Below are positions 34,636 to 46,140 of a DNA stretch of 64,000 nucleotides, one piece after another. The notes under the pieces were generated by a model that was not told where the DNA came from, searched no databases, and worked only from the letters and a program-made list of their open reading frames with translations. The stretch comes from Podarcis filfolensis (lineage: Eukaryota). Where the stretch lies: NCBI GenBank assembly GCA_964270895.1, contig OZ185449.1; one strand, 5' to 3'. A program made the translations under genes and the position numbers. How positions within the stretch are numbered: the first letter of the stretch is position 1; every line of letters begins with the position of its first letter.

Positions 34636-37600
34636 CAGGGTTCTCCTGCTTTCTTTCTTCTGGTACCGTTGACTCTTAGTCTCCTTTTCCTCTGCCCTGC
34701 CAGTCAAAATAAACACCAGGCACCACCACCCTCCACATACCCCTACCTCTCTCCTCTTCCATCCAGGCAAGGAAGAGGCGTTGTCACGGTTCAAGGACAC
34801 ATTCCAAGCAGCCAAAGGGCTCAAGGAGGGTGCAGAGCAAAGCTGATGAAGGGAGTGGGCTGGGAAGAGTGGTCTGGAGGGCTGGGCAAGAGGTCCCCCA
34901 ATGAAATGGTAGATATACACACATCTTTTACTATACTTAAAAAAATATATATATTGAGAGCTTCTGCTACTGACAGTGCAATCCTATGCATGTCTCTGCA
35001 GAAGTAAGTCCTATTGACTTCAGTAAGTCTTACTCCCAAGGATGAATAGGATTGCCAACTGAATTTATTATTTGGGCAGTCATTTATACAATTTATTTTG
35101 CAGTAGAATGTATTGACTTATGGGTCTGTGGCCACTGCGGTGGAACCAGACACACTGCCCTAAATCCACCTCTGCTTGCAGCTGCCCACCTCCCCCAAGA
35201 AGGGGGTATTTGTAACTAACTATTCAATAGCCAATCCAGTTTAAGGGGTCCAGGGTTGGTTTGTTTAGGAAAGGCTGCCCCACTGCATATTTCAAGGCAG
35301 TAGGCACCAACACCTCACACAAATCAAGCATTAGCACTCTCTGGACTCAACCAACCCCCACACTTTACTGGACAGCTATAAGAGCAATCCAGGCTGCTTT
35401 GAACCACCTGGTTTCATAACTTTAATATAATTGTCTGTCTCACAATGAAACTGTGATCATTGCCCAAGAGCAAATCAACTTACAAAAATGACCTTTCATT
35501 CTCTGCCAGAGATTGATGCAATGGGAAATTATAGCAGCCACGTAGATGCTGCTGTTATCTAATTAACTTGTGATGGATGCTCATTGTGGGAGTTATTTAA
35601 ACTTGCTTCATGGAGGGACAGGTTCTGAGGTTCACAGCAGATGAAAAGCAAGAATTCTGGAGAACCATTTCAGTGGTGCAGAGAAGAAAGGTGTATGGCG
35701 GCTCACAGATAACATCAGGTTGCAGTGACCCAGGCTTTAGTTGTTTTCACAATACTTATTAATTCACCAGAGCTTTAGGGTGGGGTGTAAAAGTTAAAAA
35801 CGACAAGAAAAGCCTTTCCAAAAAAAGGTCAGCTGATGCAGTAAAAAGGTGTGGGGAACCTTTTCTCCTGTTTGGGGTAGGAGGTTGCATTTCTTCAGAG
35901 GCAATCTGCAAGGTGTTATGAAATGTATCACAAAGAGGTGATCAAACAAAGGATGCATAGACAAGAAAACTTTAATGCAAACTGTGCAGTGGGGAGTTTC
36001 TTGTAGCACAGAACAGAAATGAAAAGCACAGTGCTGGTGAACAGACTTGGGCAGTTCCTGGTATGGCCAGGCAAGAGGGTCCAAATAGTGCAGGTTTCAT
36101 GCAAATGATGGGCAGGGCTAAAGCCAACAACAGGCAGGAAAACTGCCCCCCCACTCTCTCTGCCCCCCTCCTTCTCTCTTGCTCTTTCTTTTTTTCATAT
36201 TTATTGATCTATTAATAACAAAAAAGAAACAGAGCAGAACATAAATATTTTTATGCTGGTTTTAATGCATGTACGAGTTTGGTTTTCTGCTTTAAAATGC
36301 TTTAAGTAACTTTAAGTTGCCATGGCAAAAAAAAAATGTGACCAATAAATTTAATTAACAATAATAGAATTAGATATGTTAGGTAAGAAACAATTTCTAC
36401 AAAAGAAAACAAAAATATTATGAATGCTAAATTTCCTTGTATGGTATAGGCAGCGAATTTTGCACCTTTGAGTTTGAAGCGTAATAAATAAAGTCCCCAT
36501 GCAGATGTGTTATGCATGTGAAACAGACTAACTCGTTAACTTTTATCAGAAAGAAGTGGACCAAAATAAACTAAGAAGAAGCAAGGCAGGTGGCATTCAT
36601 GGAATGATGGAATTGTAGAGTTCAAAGGGACCGATTCTCATGCTTTGCTAAAGACTAAGCTCCCTGATTTATTTTGAAAGCCCCAAAGGATGCTGAAGCA
36701 AAATGTCACAGAATAGCAAGCAAACATCTGAGTCCATCAGAACTCTTCATCACACTGGATGTTAAGCAAAGTGTAAGAGGAGGTGAGAGGGAAAAAGCCT
36801 GGCATGGTGTTGTAGCCATAATTCCAAGCACTGGTGAAAAATTCACTTTTGCTGCATAGTCTTTGAAGCCAGTGGTGGCTGGTTCCCATTGGGACTGGAT
36901 GGGTGGAGGGCAGGGAGACCAATGGTAGGTGGAGCAACAGACAGAGCCATCCTCCTAGATTGGTTGTAAGAAAGAAGACAGACAGGTGGGAGCTGGTTAG
37001 GGCCATCTGAGGTTGGTGGTGCAGGGCCCCATTTGCCCAAATGGGCCAACGTCCACTGGGCACAGCTATAGGGGTGTTGCTGTAGGGGTTGCCAGGAAGA
37101 GCTCCTGCAGTTCAGGATTTGCCACTGCACTACTGCTGGTGCATTGCTCTGCCCACAAACACAGCAGGATTGTAGATCAGGCCCACCACCTACTCACATC
37201 CCCTGATCCTAAGACCTCTAAATATCACCCAAATTCCTTGTGGTATTATTGTCCCACCTCTCCTTTGCTCAGCTTGCCCACTTAGGCTAGTAAGTCCAGT
37301 GACACGTAAAAACATCACCTTTTGCTGGGATTTCTGCATTGCAAGGAGTTGGACCTGATTCCACATTGGATCCCTTCCAACTCTACAATTCTTTGATTCT
37401 AAATGACAACAGTCCCCCCAATAGATTAGTGTAAGCTGCTCCATTCCCCACCTCCCACAAAGGTCCAAGATATAGATATTCAGTTACAGAGGCACAGAGA
37501 CGGGGGGAGAGGGGACGACAACCAAATCACATGTTGTGTTAGTCACATTTAAAAAGACACGCTTAACCTGGCCGCTTTTATTTTGGAGACAAAGCAACCC

Positions 37601-38505
37601 AGGGCCCCGATCTGGAATGTGTTCCTAGTTGGAATCAGCCCACATCAATTTTCTGCTAAAAATTACCCCTTAGTTGTTTGCTATTGCCACAGAACATGGG
37701 GTGGGGGGTGGGGGAGCTGTCCAACAGGAAGTTATTTTCAGTAAAAACGTGGCATGGTTGTACCAATTGGGAGGAAGTACCAGAATGAGGCCTTGCAGCT
37801 GTTTCTTCTCAAAAATGAAAGTGGCCAATTGAGCATGGTTATTTTAACATGTGTTTAACATCACATGTAGTTTGGTCCACAGAGGCAATAACAGAACAGA
37901 ACGCACACCCTGCAACATATGCATGTTTGTAGCAGCCATAATTATGTCAGCTCTCTTGATTTCAAGTTCTCTAGCATACACTCCAGCAGGAACACAAGAT
38001 ATAGTTCCTTGCAATTTCTCTAAGGAGCACTTTTAGTGAATTCAGTAGGATTTCTGAGTAAGTATACATTGCAAAGTCATTTGAGGAAAGTCTCCTTATA
38101 CGTGATGGGCAGAATTAATGCACTGAAGTTTTTTAACCTGTCTGTGGTGATACCTGCAGCACTAGCCATAATGGTGATAACTCTTCCAGGAGATGCCCTT
38201 CATAAACCTTTACATCAAACCACAGAGATGCAAAATTGAAATTGCCATAGCAACACTATCTGCCAGCATCTGATACTCCTTTCTCGTGAAAGCTGTTTGT
38301 TCCTTGCTGCCTCTAGAGGATGACAGTAAAAAAACCCAAAACCCTCAATGGCTTTCATGAGGAATTAAAATGCACAGCATTCTCTGGGTTTATTTTTAAT
38401 CTCTTTATTTTTAGTGCACATCTAGGGCAACAGTCTCTTTTGTGCTTCAGATTTAAATAATAATAATGGAGGCACGCGCACGCACGCACACGCGCACATT
38501 TGCAG

Positions 38506-38660
38506 GGTGGGCATAGGATGTGCAAACTATTCTGGATGACATTTTTGGTATGAGAATGGAAATGTTTGGGGGCAAGCTTAAATTCTTTGGTGGTAATGAA
38601 GATCCTATCTAGACATGGTCAGAGGCACCCCTGAGGCTATTGGAGAATATCCACGGAAGG
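38506..38660 (+). other. Candidate non-coding exon
   Basis: Acceptor catttgcag|G (weak pyrimidine tract) and donor AGG|gtaaga, 196 nt upstream of a very strong acceptor. Confidence 0.35.
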
Positions 38661-38856
38661 GTAAGAATGTGAATGAAAATGTGACCTAAAGTTGGATGGG
38701 TCTTTGCACACTATGCAGAATTCATTCATCTCCTAAACCTTGGAGAATGTATCCCCAATTACCCAAGACTTACATTCCAGCTTGGTTGACTTTTTTGACA
38801 GGAAATGTGTTGGTTGTGGCTAATACCAAAATTCATTTTTTCTCTCTCTTTCCCAG

Positions 38857-38965
38857 GCCTATTACATTTAGCAGTCAATGCCCAATGCAAGATGTGTTGG
38901 TTGTTAGGCATTCAAATAGCCTTGCGAGTGGGACAAGTAGAATGATGATTGACATCTTTAGGAGG
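38857..38965 (+). other. Candidate 109-nt exon, open in phase 2 to phase 0
   Basis: Strong acceptor ttcattttttctctctctttcccag|G and donor AGG|gtaagg. Encodes (R)PITFSSQCPMQDVLVVRHSNSLASGTSRMMIDIFRR. Confidence 0.55.
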
Positions 38966-40170
38966 GTAAGGGGGCAATTGCTCCCCTTTCCCATAATCCA
39001 CAGATTCCCAGATGTCATTTAGAGGCTACAGCGGGAGCAAAGGTGACATTCAGCTGAGTTTTACTCAGAGTAGACCCATTGAAATAAATGGACATGACTG
39101 TCCATTAATTTCAATAGGCATACTCTGAATTGAATCCTACCGTGAATTTGTAGCCCTTGTAGAACCCAAGAAAAGAGGCAAAATATACATGTACTGTACT
39201 ATTCTGCTCATTTTTTTAAAACATGAGAAATCTATTATTATTATTCTGAGTGCAGCTGCAACAAGGTAGTAGTGTACCTACTCCCCAAACGAGTTTGCAA
39301 CAGAGGCAATGATGTTTCCAACTCTGATCTTATTTCATACAAGAAAGTGTAGACCTTGTAAGCATTAAAAAAAATTACCCTAGCAATGCCAGCACAGAGA
39401 AAGTCCATTGATATTTTACTAATATTGTAGGGAGCGGGGTGGGGGCTGAAAGAATGGGGATTACACCAGCCCAGCAAAACAGTCCAGTCTTGTTATAACC
39501 CACTTTACTGCAGACAGGGGAAAGTAGTGTATTATGACCCTGCAGCACACTCCAGTATTGTTATCCAGTCTCCTGGCATATTGTTAGGGCTTTGTTTGTT
39601 TTTTAGGGAAATGTGAATGGTGACTTTATAAAGTTAGTTGTAGATGCAGAGCCAATTAAGGGCTGAAAGCAGGTGAGCAAGTTGGGGAAATGCACTGAAA
39701 AATTATGGGATGAATGAGTGATTAACAGGAAGACACGCACACACACCTTGCAAGCAAATCAGGATGGCTGTTCATTGTCATATAACTACTCTGCAAACAA
39801 TCCAATAAAATGCTCTGGATAAAGACAGGATATGGTCTGACATTCTGTGTACGCAAATCAGGATGAATGCTTAATAAGCAGGTTGTCTGAAGGAGCCTTA
39901 AAACTCAGGAATCATCGAATGAAGCAAAACAGTGGGAGATTCAGAACAGACAAAAGGAAGTATCCACCCCCCCACAGCACATGGTTAATTTGTGGTATCT
40001 ACTGTGAAATCAGGTATATGCTTTGTATTCAAAAGTTCCCAAGTTAAATCTCTGGCAATGCCAATACTTTATTTTTAAAAACTGAAATTAGTCCGTATTA
40101 TGAACCCCAAAAGGAAATACGTTAAGGGGAAGCTTTCATTTCACAAAATTCCAACTTCTACTTGGTGTTA

Positions 40171-40189
40171 CGGCGACCCCTAGTGGCAA
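40171..40189 (-). promoter_or_regulatory. CTCF-binding motif
   Basis: Minus strand TTGCCACTAGGGGTCGCCG is a close match to the consensus TGGCCACCAGGGGGCGCTA, in non-repeat sequence with retained CpGs. Confidence 0.6.
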
Positions 40190-40741
40190 CGTTGCATTTC
40201 TGTCCCTGTCTCTGCTTCTTAGCTATTGTTAAATAACCAGCAAATAAAATCGAAAAACAAAAATATATTGGTCCATAATCGGGGAGCAGGCGGGACACTT
40301 TAGAATAAACAATTGAACAATAATTTTTTTCGGATCAACCAAAATATCACAAAAGAGTGCAAAATTTTTAGTTCTCGGGTACGCTTCACAGGCTATATGT
40401 TGCACAAAATAGGGCTGGATGAGGGGGAAAGTATTTATTGATTTATTAAGGTATCTTTATACCACCCTTCACTGCAGCAGTCATAGAATCAGAGTATTGT
40501 AGATTTGTAGAGAGGACTTCAAGGGTCAACTAGTTCAACCCCCTGCAATGCAGGAGTCGCAACTAATTTGTCCCCCCCCCTTTTTGTTTTTCCCCTCTCA
40601 ACTGATTTGTTGGTAGTGTTTTATAGACTGCAATCTGCTGTACTTGCATCTTGCGATGCTCAGGTACAGTGACAGCTTTCCCATCTATCAATGGTATCTG
40701 GGCAGTTTGCCCCACAGATCTCTGTCATACACATGTACGCA

Positions 40742-40831
40742 CATAGCTGTCAACTTTTCCCTTTTCTTGCGAGGAATCCTATTCAGAATAAGGGAATTTC
40801 CCTTTAAAAAAGGGAAACATTGACAGCTATG
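40742..40831. mobile_element. 90-bp hAT MITE, copy 2
   Basis: Same TIRs as 17812-17901. Perfect 8-bp TSD tgtacgca. Confidence 0.92.
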
Positions 40832-41302
40832 TGTACGCAAACCATTGCACACAGAAGGGAGGCCCACCTCACAACCAGGACCAGTGCCCAGGATCATGCT
40901 CTTGGCTGTTCCGTTGTGGGGTGTGAACCTCCTTGCTCTAGCCAGGCTTCTGTGCTCTCTGGTGGTGTCTTCAGGATACTTGTTGTTGTTTTTACACATA
41001 TATGCAACAAGAGCATAGGATAGAGTGGCTCACAGCATTAACACTGCAAAAGTTCTTGCTTCCCCATTAGGTTTCCCTGGAAGCCCCAAGCTCACTGTCT
41101 TTTGTCCAGCACAGAGTAATCATGCCTCTGTGTCTCCACCTCCCAGCGTCAGCCAAAACTCTTTCTCATACACTTACACTCCTGGGCCTTTCGGTCCCCA
41201 AAAGGCATTCAGTTTGAGGCAGCAAATGTCCGCCCCCACCCTTTTGTCTCTATGGCAACAAAGCTCACTTTTTAAGATGTGGATGACAGGTACTTAACTG
41301 AG

Positions 41303-41376
41303 TGGTGAAGACACCGTGACAAAGAAACCTTGGTGAAGACACCTTGACAAAGAAACCTTGGTGAAGACACCTTGAC
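41303..41376. repeat. 28-bp tandem repeat, ~2.6 copies
   Basis: Unit tggtgaagacacc(g/t)tgacaaagaaacct, head to tail with no spacers. Confidence 0.9.
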
Positions 41377-41506
41377 TAACAGGTTCCTGCTTACAGATTC
41401 TACTGCCACAGATACAGGATTGCAGCTTTGGAAGGGACGATAGCTATCATCAAGACACATCTGCCTAGACTCACGACAGGCAGTTAAACCCTTAGCTCTG
41501 TATGCT

Positions 41507-41757
41507 TAGGGTTGCCATATGTCCAGAATTTTCCAGACATAGCCGGATTACTGCAGTCAGAGGGAGTGTCTGGGCAGAAATTGCTAAAAATGTCCAGGAA
41601 AAGCCGGACGTATGCCAACCCTTGTGGGCAGTGTTGCTTTTGGTGATTTCCCTTTAAAATGGCTCAAAAACTTCATTTTTTGTGGTTTTGCCAAAAAAGT
41701 GCAACAATGTTGGGCAACTTTGTCCTGATTTTCACTTCTTGAAATATAGCAACCCTA
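41507..41757. mobile_element. 251-bp hAT MITE
   Basis: TIR TAGGGTTGCCATAT/ATATAGCAACCCTA. Perfect 8-bp TSD tgtatgct. Confidence 0.9.
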
Positions 41758-42499
41758 TGTATGCTTGTGTATCCCAGCGTTTCACAATTGGGGGCCATAT
41801 GGCCCCCTGGCCCCCACCCCCCGGATATTCCAAGGGGGACACAGGTGAAAATCGTGAGGCTAGGGGACCACAAAGGGAAATGAGAAGTTAAATACTGTAA
41901 TCCTGATTGGCTGGCTATCTGCTAGGCCAATCACGAGCGGATAAGGGGGCAGCCCACCAGGGCCTAATGCTCCTTTTTGCCATGTGTGTTTTCTTGGAAC
42001 AGTCCTGGTTTGTTTCTGGCGGGAGAGGGTGATCTCTGAGGCCTCTGTTTTGACCAGTAGATCCACAATCCAGAACCCCCAGGTCAAGTAAGTACGGTGG
42101 TGGAGTGGCAATGGGTAGGGCTGGGCAAGTCAGAGCTGCTTGTTGCTGCTGCCAGTGCTGGGTCCAGTGGCAGCCTGGGACTGACTCTGCAAGGTGCAGG
42201 GTGCAATTTACCCCAGCACCTAGTGGATCAGGGCCTTTGGATGTTGCCAAGGGGCAGAGCCCATTGGTAGCATCGATCCGGCTCTGCAATACTCAGGGTG
42301 AAATCCTCTCCAGGTCTAGCCAAGCAGGGTCGTCTGGTGCTGCTGACTTGCATCTAGTAAATAACTAAGTGTCTACTCAGAAGAAAGCCGCACTGAGTTC
42401 AGTGGGCCTTATTCCCAGGTAAGGGTGTGTGGAGCTATAGTGTTTTATCTATTTTAATTTTGTTTTTAAGTTTTATTCATTCAACTTGTTTTTATTATT

Positions 42500-42549
42500 G
42501 CTTGTTAGCCACCCTGAGCCCGGCCTTGGCTGGGGAGGGCGGGGTATAA

Positions 42550-42599
<50 letters not shown>

Positions 42600-42600
42600 C
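42500..42600 (+). mobile_element. Extreme 3' end of an L2 LINE with (TTA)n tail at 42550-42599
   Basis: gttagccaccctgagccc...gggagggcggggtataaat followed by (TTA)n. Confidence 0.7.
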
Positions 42601-43989
42601 TAGGCAGCCAGGGCTCCTCAGGATGACAAGATCTTTTTGCACCTGGTCAGTGAGGACCACTTGCTTTTTAAAATTAACCCATACATACAGAACTCACTGT
42701 GCACATTTTGGACTGTATGTGTAGGTTTACCCCTCTACATCAAACAACTGGAGTCAAATAAGTGTTAAAGTTTTATAAGACACTGAAGATGAATCTCCCT
42801 TGGTTGGTTCTGGACTAAGAGGTTTTTAAGCAGAGGTTGGATGGCCATCTGTCATGGATGCTTTAGCTGAGTTTCCTACATTGCAGGGGGTTGGACTAGA
42901 TGACCCTTGGGTCCCTTCCAGCTCTGTGATTCTATGTTCTTCTGCTTCAACAATATTTCAATATGTTCCTATCATTTTATGTAATTGAATTTTGTATAAA
43001 TTGTATAAATTATAAATAAAACATGTTCCATTTACAAACAAAACATTTAAATAGCTACCTTTCTACCAGTAGGAGGGGGGCTATGGGTGTAGCCAGGATT
43101 TTTGTTGGGGGGGCAAGCTTTTGTTAGAGGGGGTCAGAACCTCAGATTTGTTTTGATTTTTACTTATTTTGGAGGGCAGCTGCCCCCCTGTCCCTCCTTG
43201 GCAATGCCGGGGGGGGGGGGGGGGCGGCGGCACAGGAAGGAAACAAGGTTGGAAGAAGGTTGGGAAACGCTGGTGTATCATACCTCTTCCTCTGCAGATC
43301 ATATTTAGTGGGATTTTCTCTAAGAAAAGCTTATTTATTTGGCACACAGAGAATTGGCAAAAAGTGCCTCAGGAGATTAGATCATTCTAATAGCACTTTG
43401 TCCCTGTTCTATGACACCTCTGAGCAGCAACACCAGCCGCTCCCTCTGGCCCCTCCTGGTACCAGAATATTTCAAACCCAGAGTTCTCATCCAGGCAATA
43501 CATTGTGCCCTCATTGTGCCAGAGTTCAGCTGTGGTCAAGAAAGCAGAACCCAATGACGACACTGTGAACTTTCTCCTGGCCATTGTTGTCTGAATGGAT
43601 GAGTCAGAAAGCAACGAGCCTCTCTCCCCCCCCCCCCACTAGCTGAGCACAGCCAATTAGTTTGCATCCTGTAACAAAGATATTTTTAGGGGAGGGGGAA
43701 TCATAGGGAAAGGTCAATTGTTCAGCCTCTTTGTGAAATTGTTGGGCCTGGTCCAAATGCCTCAGCTACACTCTTCGACTATGTCTTCTGTTTGTGCTTT
43801 GGCACATAGGAAGTTACTGGATCGGACCATTTGTCCATTGAGCTCAGTACAAGCAGTGGTTCTCAGATGGAGGACATTCCCAGCACTGCTTAGAGATGCC
43901 CTTATGGATCAAATTTGGTACCTTCTGCATGCAGAGCATATGCTTCACTGATGAGCTTCAACTTCTCCCTGATCAAACCTCACCTTATA

Positions 43990-44231
43990 CAGTGGTACCT
44001 CAGGTTACATACGCTTCAGGTTACATACACTTCAGGTTACAGACTCCGCTAACCCAGAAATAGTGCTTCAGGTTAAGAACTTTGCTTCAGGATGAGAACA
44101 GAAATTGTGCTCTGGCAGCGCGGCGGCAGCAGGAGGCCCCATTAGCTAAAGTGGTGCTTCAGGTTAAGAACAGTTTTAGGTTAAGTATGGACCTCCGGAA
44201 TGAATTAAGTACTTAACCCGAGGTACCACTG
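43990..44231. mobile_element. Tc1/mariner-type MITE, copy 1
   Basis: TA|CAGTGGTACCTC...GAGGTACCACTG|TA. Homologous to 47853-48094 and 59290-59515. Confidence 0.92.
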
Positions 44232-44873
44232 TATTTCCTGCAGCCCATTGCCAGCCTCCACCTCTGCGCTCCACTTCTCCTCTAACACTGGCACACTTGG
44301 AACCCCAGGCTTTTCAGGAGTGGATTTCAAAGCAGCAATTTCCTTGTGAAATACAACCACCAGCTGTTCTTGAACAGCCATGTTTTGTAGAGATTCCACC
44401 ATTCTTTGCCACACCAGAGATGAAAACAGAAACCCTTGAGTGCTTGTAACAACAGCCAACCTCTGCCCTTGCCCCATCACTGCTTCAGTTCTAGCCCCAC
44501 CACACAGTACCTGTTACCTGCGTTTACCAGGGACTCTTCTAGTGTGGCCACAAAGACAGACGTGTATGACATGACTGTAGGGTGCCGTCAACAGGGTGCC
44601 CTCTCCTTCAGATGGTGTTGGACTCCCACTCCCATCAGCCCCGGCGAGCATGGCCAGTGGTCAGGGATGATGGGAGATATAGTCCTACAACATGTCACAT
44701 TGCACCACAGTGGGGAAGACTGCCCAGGTAACAGGTGTGCCACTCAGTCTGCTATCTGAGCACCAATGGTCAACTGGAAACTTCACATCCTCTTATCCCC
44801 CTTCTTATGCAATAATGGAATACCGAATGGTATAGTTTTTGTAAAATATGCAGGTATTTATGATATATATAAT

Positions 44874-45308
44874 TGTAATGGTTATAGGGGTTGCTCGTGC
44901 ATAAGTTGCCGCCACTCCTGGCTAGGTTGCCTGGTTAAACCTTTTCTGTCTGGACAGCCCTTCACTTCGTGGCTGTTTCAGTCGCTAGCAGAATCCGTCA
45001 GTGGGTGTTTCTTGAACTTCTTCCAGCAAAGAAGTTCCTTGACGCCAAGTCTACGCCTACTTTCCCTGCGCAGAAGTCTTCTGCGCAGGGTGGGTGTGGG
45101 TAGCGGAGGACCCATGCTCTCCCCGCTGGTCTCCGGCGAGGAGTCCTGGAGCCCCCTCGCCGATTCCCCCATCTGCCCCCCTTTATCCCTGGTGTTACGT
45201 TGATTTCCTTCCCCAGCCGATGAGTTGCCTCTCTCCCTGCTGGGCCCTTCTCCAGCATTGCTTGGGAGTCTTGCCTCCGCCTCTCGCTCCGATGTCAGTT
45301 CCCTGACA
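44874..45308 (-). mobile_element. Solo LTR, 435 bp (Gypsy- or ERV-type)
   Basis: TGT...ACA termini and perfect 5-bp TSD ATAAT at 44869-44873 and 45309-45313. GC-rich interior. Orientation is inferred. Confidence 0.85.
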
Positions 45309-45519
45309 ATAATGAACCATGAAAAGAGAAGAGGGGAAGTCACTTAAAATAATTATTTTAAACTGCAAAACAGAAAATTTAATAAAAATTATATATAAAA
45401 AATTATGTGTGTGTGTGTACAAAATAGGTCTCCTATGTTACTTCGGCTAGACAGCCTTGCCACCAGGGTTGTAATCTAGGGGTTGGCCATGATAGCCCCA
45501 GCCAAGGGACCAACAGGCC

Positions 45520-45829
45520 CAGAGGCATACAAAAAATTGTGCCTTTCCAGTCCGGCTTGGAGTGGCTATGAGCCCACCCACCCACCCACGTGCTCCCTAG
45601 GCTGCACCTCCGCTGCTCTGGGCAGCTGCCAAGGCGCACAGGCTCTTCTGGGTGCCTTGATGGAGAAATCTGACTGCTGGCATTGGCCAGCGGCACTATT
45701 AGAAGTGTGAGCAGAGTACCCAGCAGGGCTTAGAGAGAAAAAGATGGGAGAGTCGGCAGTGATCAAGGGACGGGGGGTGCCAATGCAGCTCTTTGCCAAG
45801 GGTGCCAAGGGTGCCTAGGTATGCCTCTG
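45520..45829. mobile_element. MITE-like element with 11-bp TIRs
   Basis: CAGAGGCATAC / GTATGCCTCTG. No TSD recognised. Confidence 0.55.
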
Positions 45830-45839
45830 CTTGCTACTG

Positions 45840-46140
45840 CCCTGCGCTTGATTTACCTCCTATAAAGATTAGTGTAATGCCTTCTGTGTAGAGTTGCCCT
45901 TGAAAATTGCCCAGAAACTGCAGCTAGTGCAGAATGCAGCCACAAAAAAAACCGATTGATAATGCAATGGTACATCATTTAACAACTATCTTGCGAGATC
46001 AGCTCTGATGTCCAGTATGTTATCAAGCCACATAAAACCCTTGCATCTTCGTAGCTAGGCATCTGACAGAGTTCCTCTCCTCATGATAACCACCCCATGC
46101 TGTTAGAGTGGCATGCTGTCCTCCCAACATGCATTGTTCG
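45840..46140 (+). mobile_element. Degenerate L2 LINE fragment
   Basis: gttgcccttgaaaattgcccagaaactgcagctagtgcagaatgcagc corresponds to the L2 ORF2 motif LPLK...KLQLVQNAA. Confidence 0.65.

Noticed and set aside
41303-41376. CRISPR-like array
   Set aside because: Units are contiguous with no spacers, and the DNA is vertebrate.
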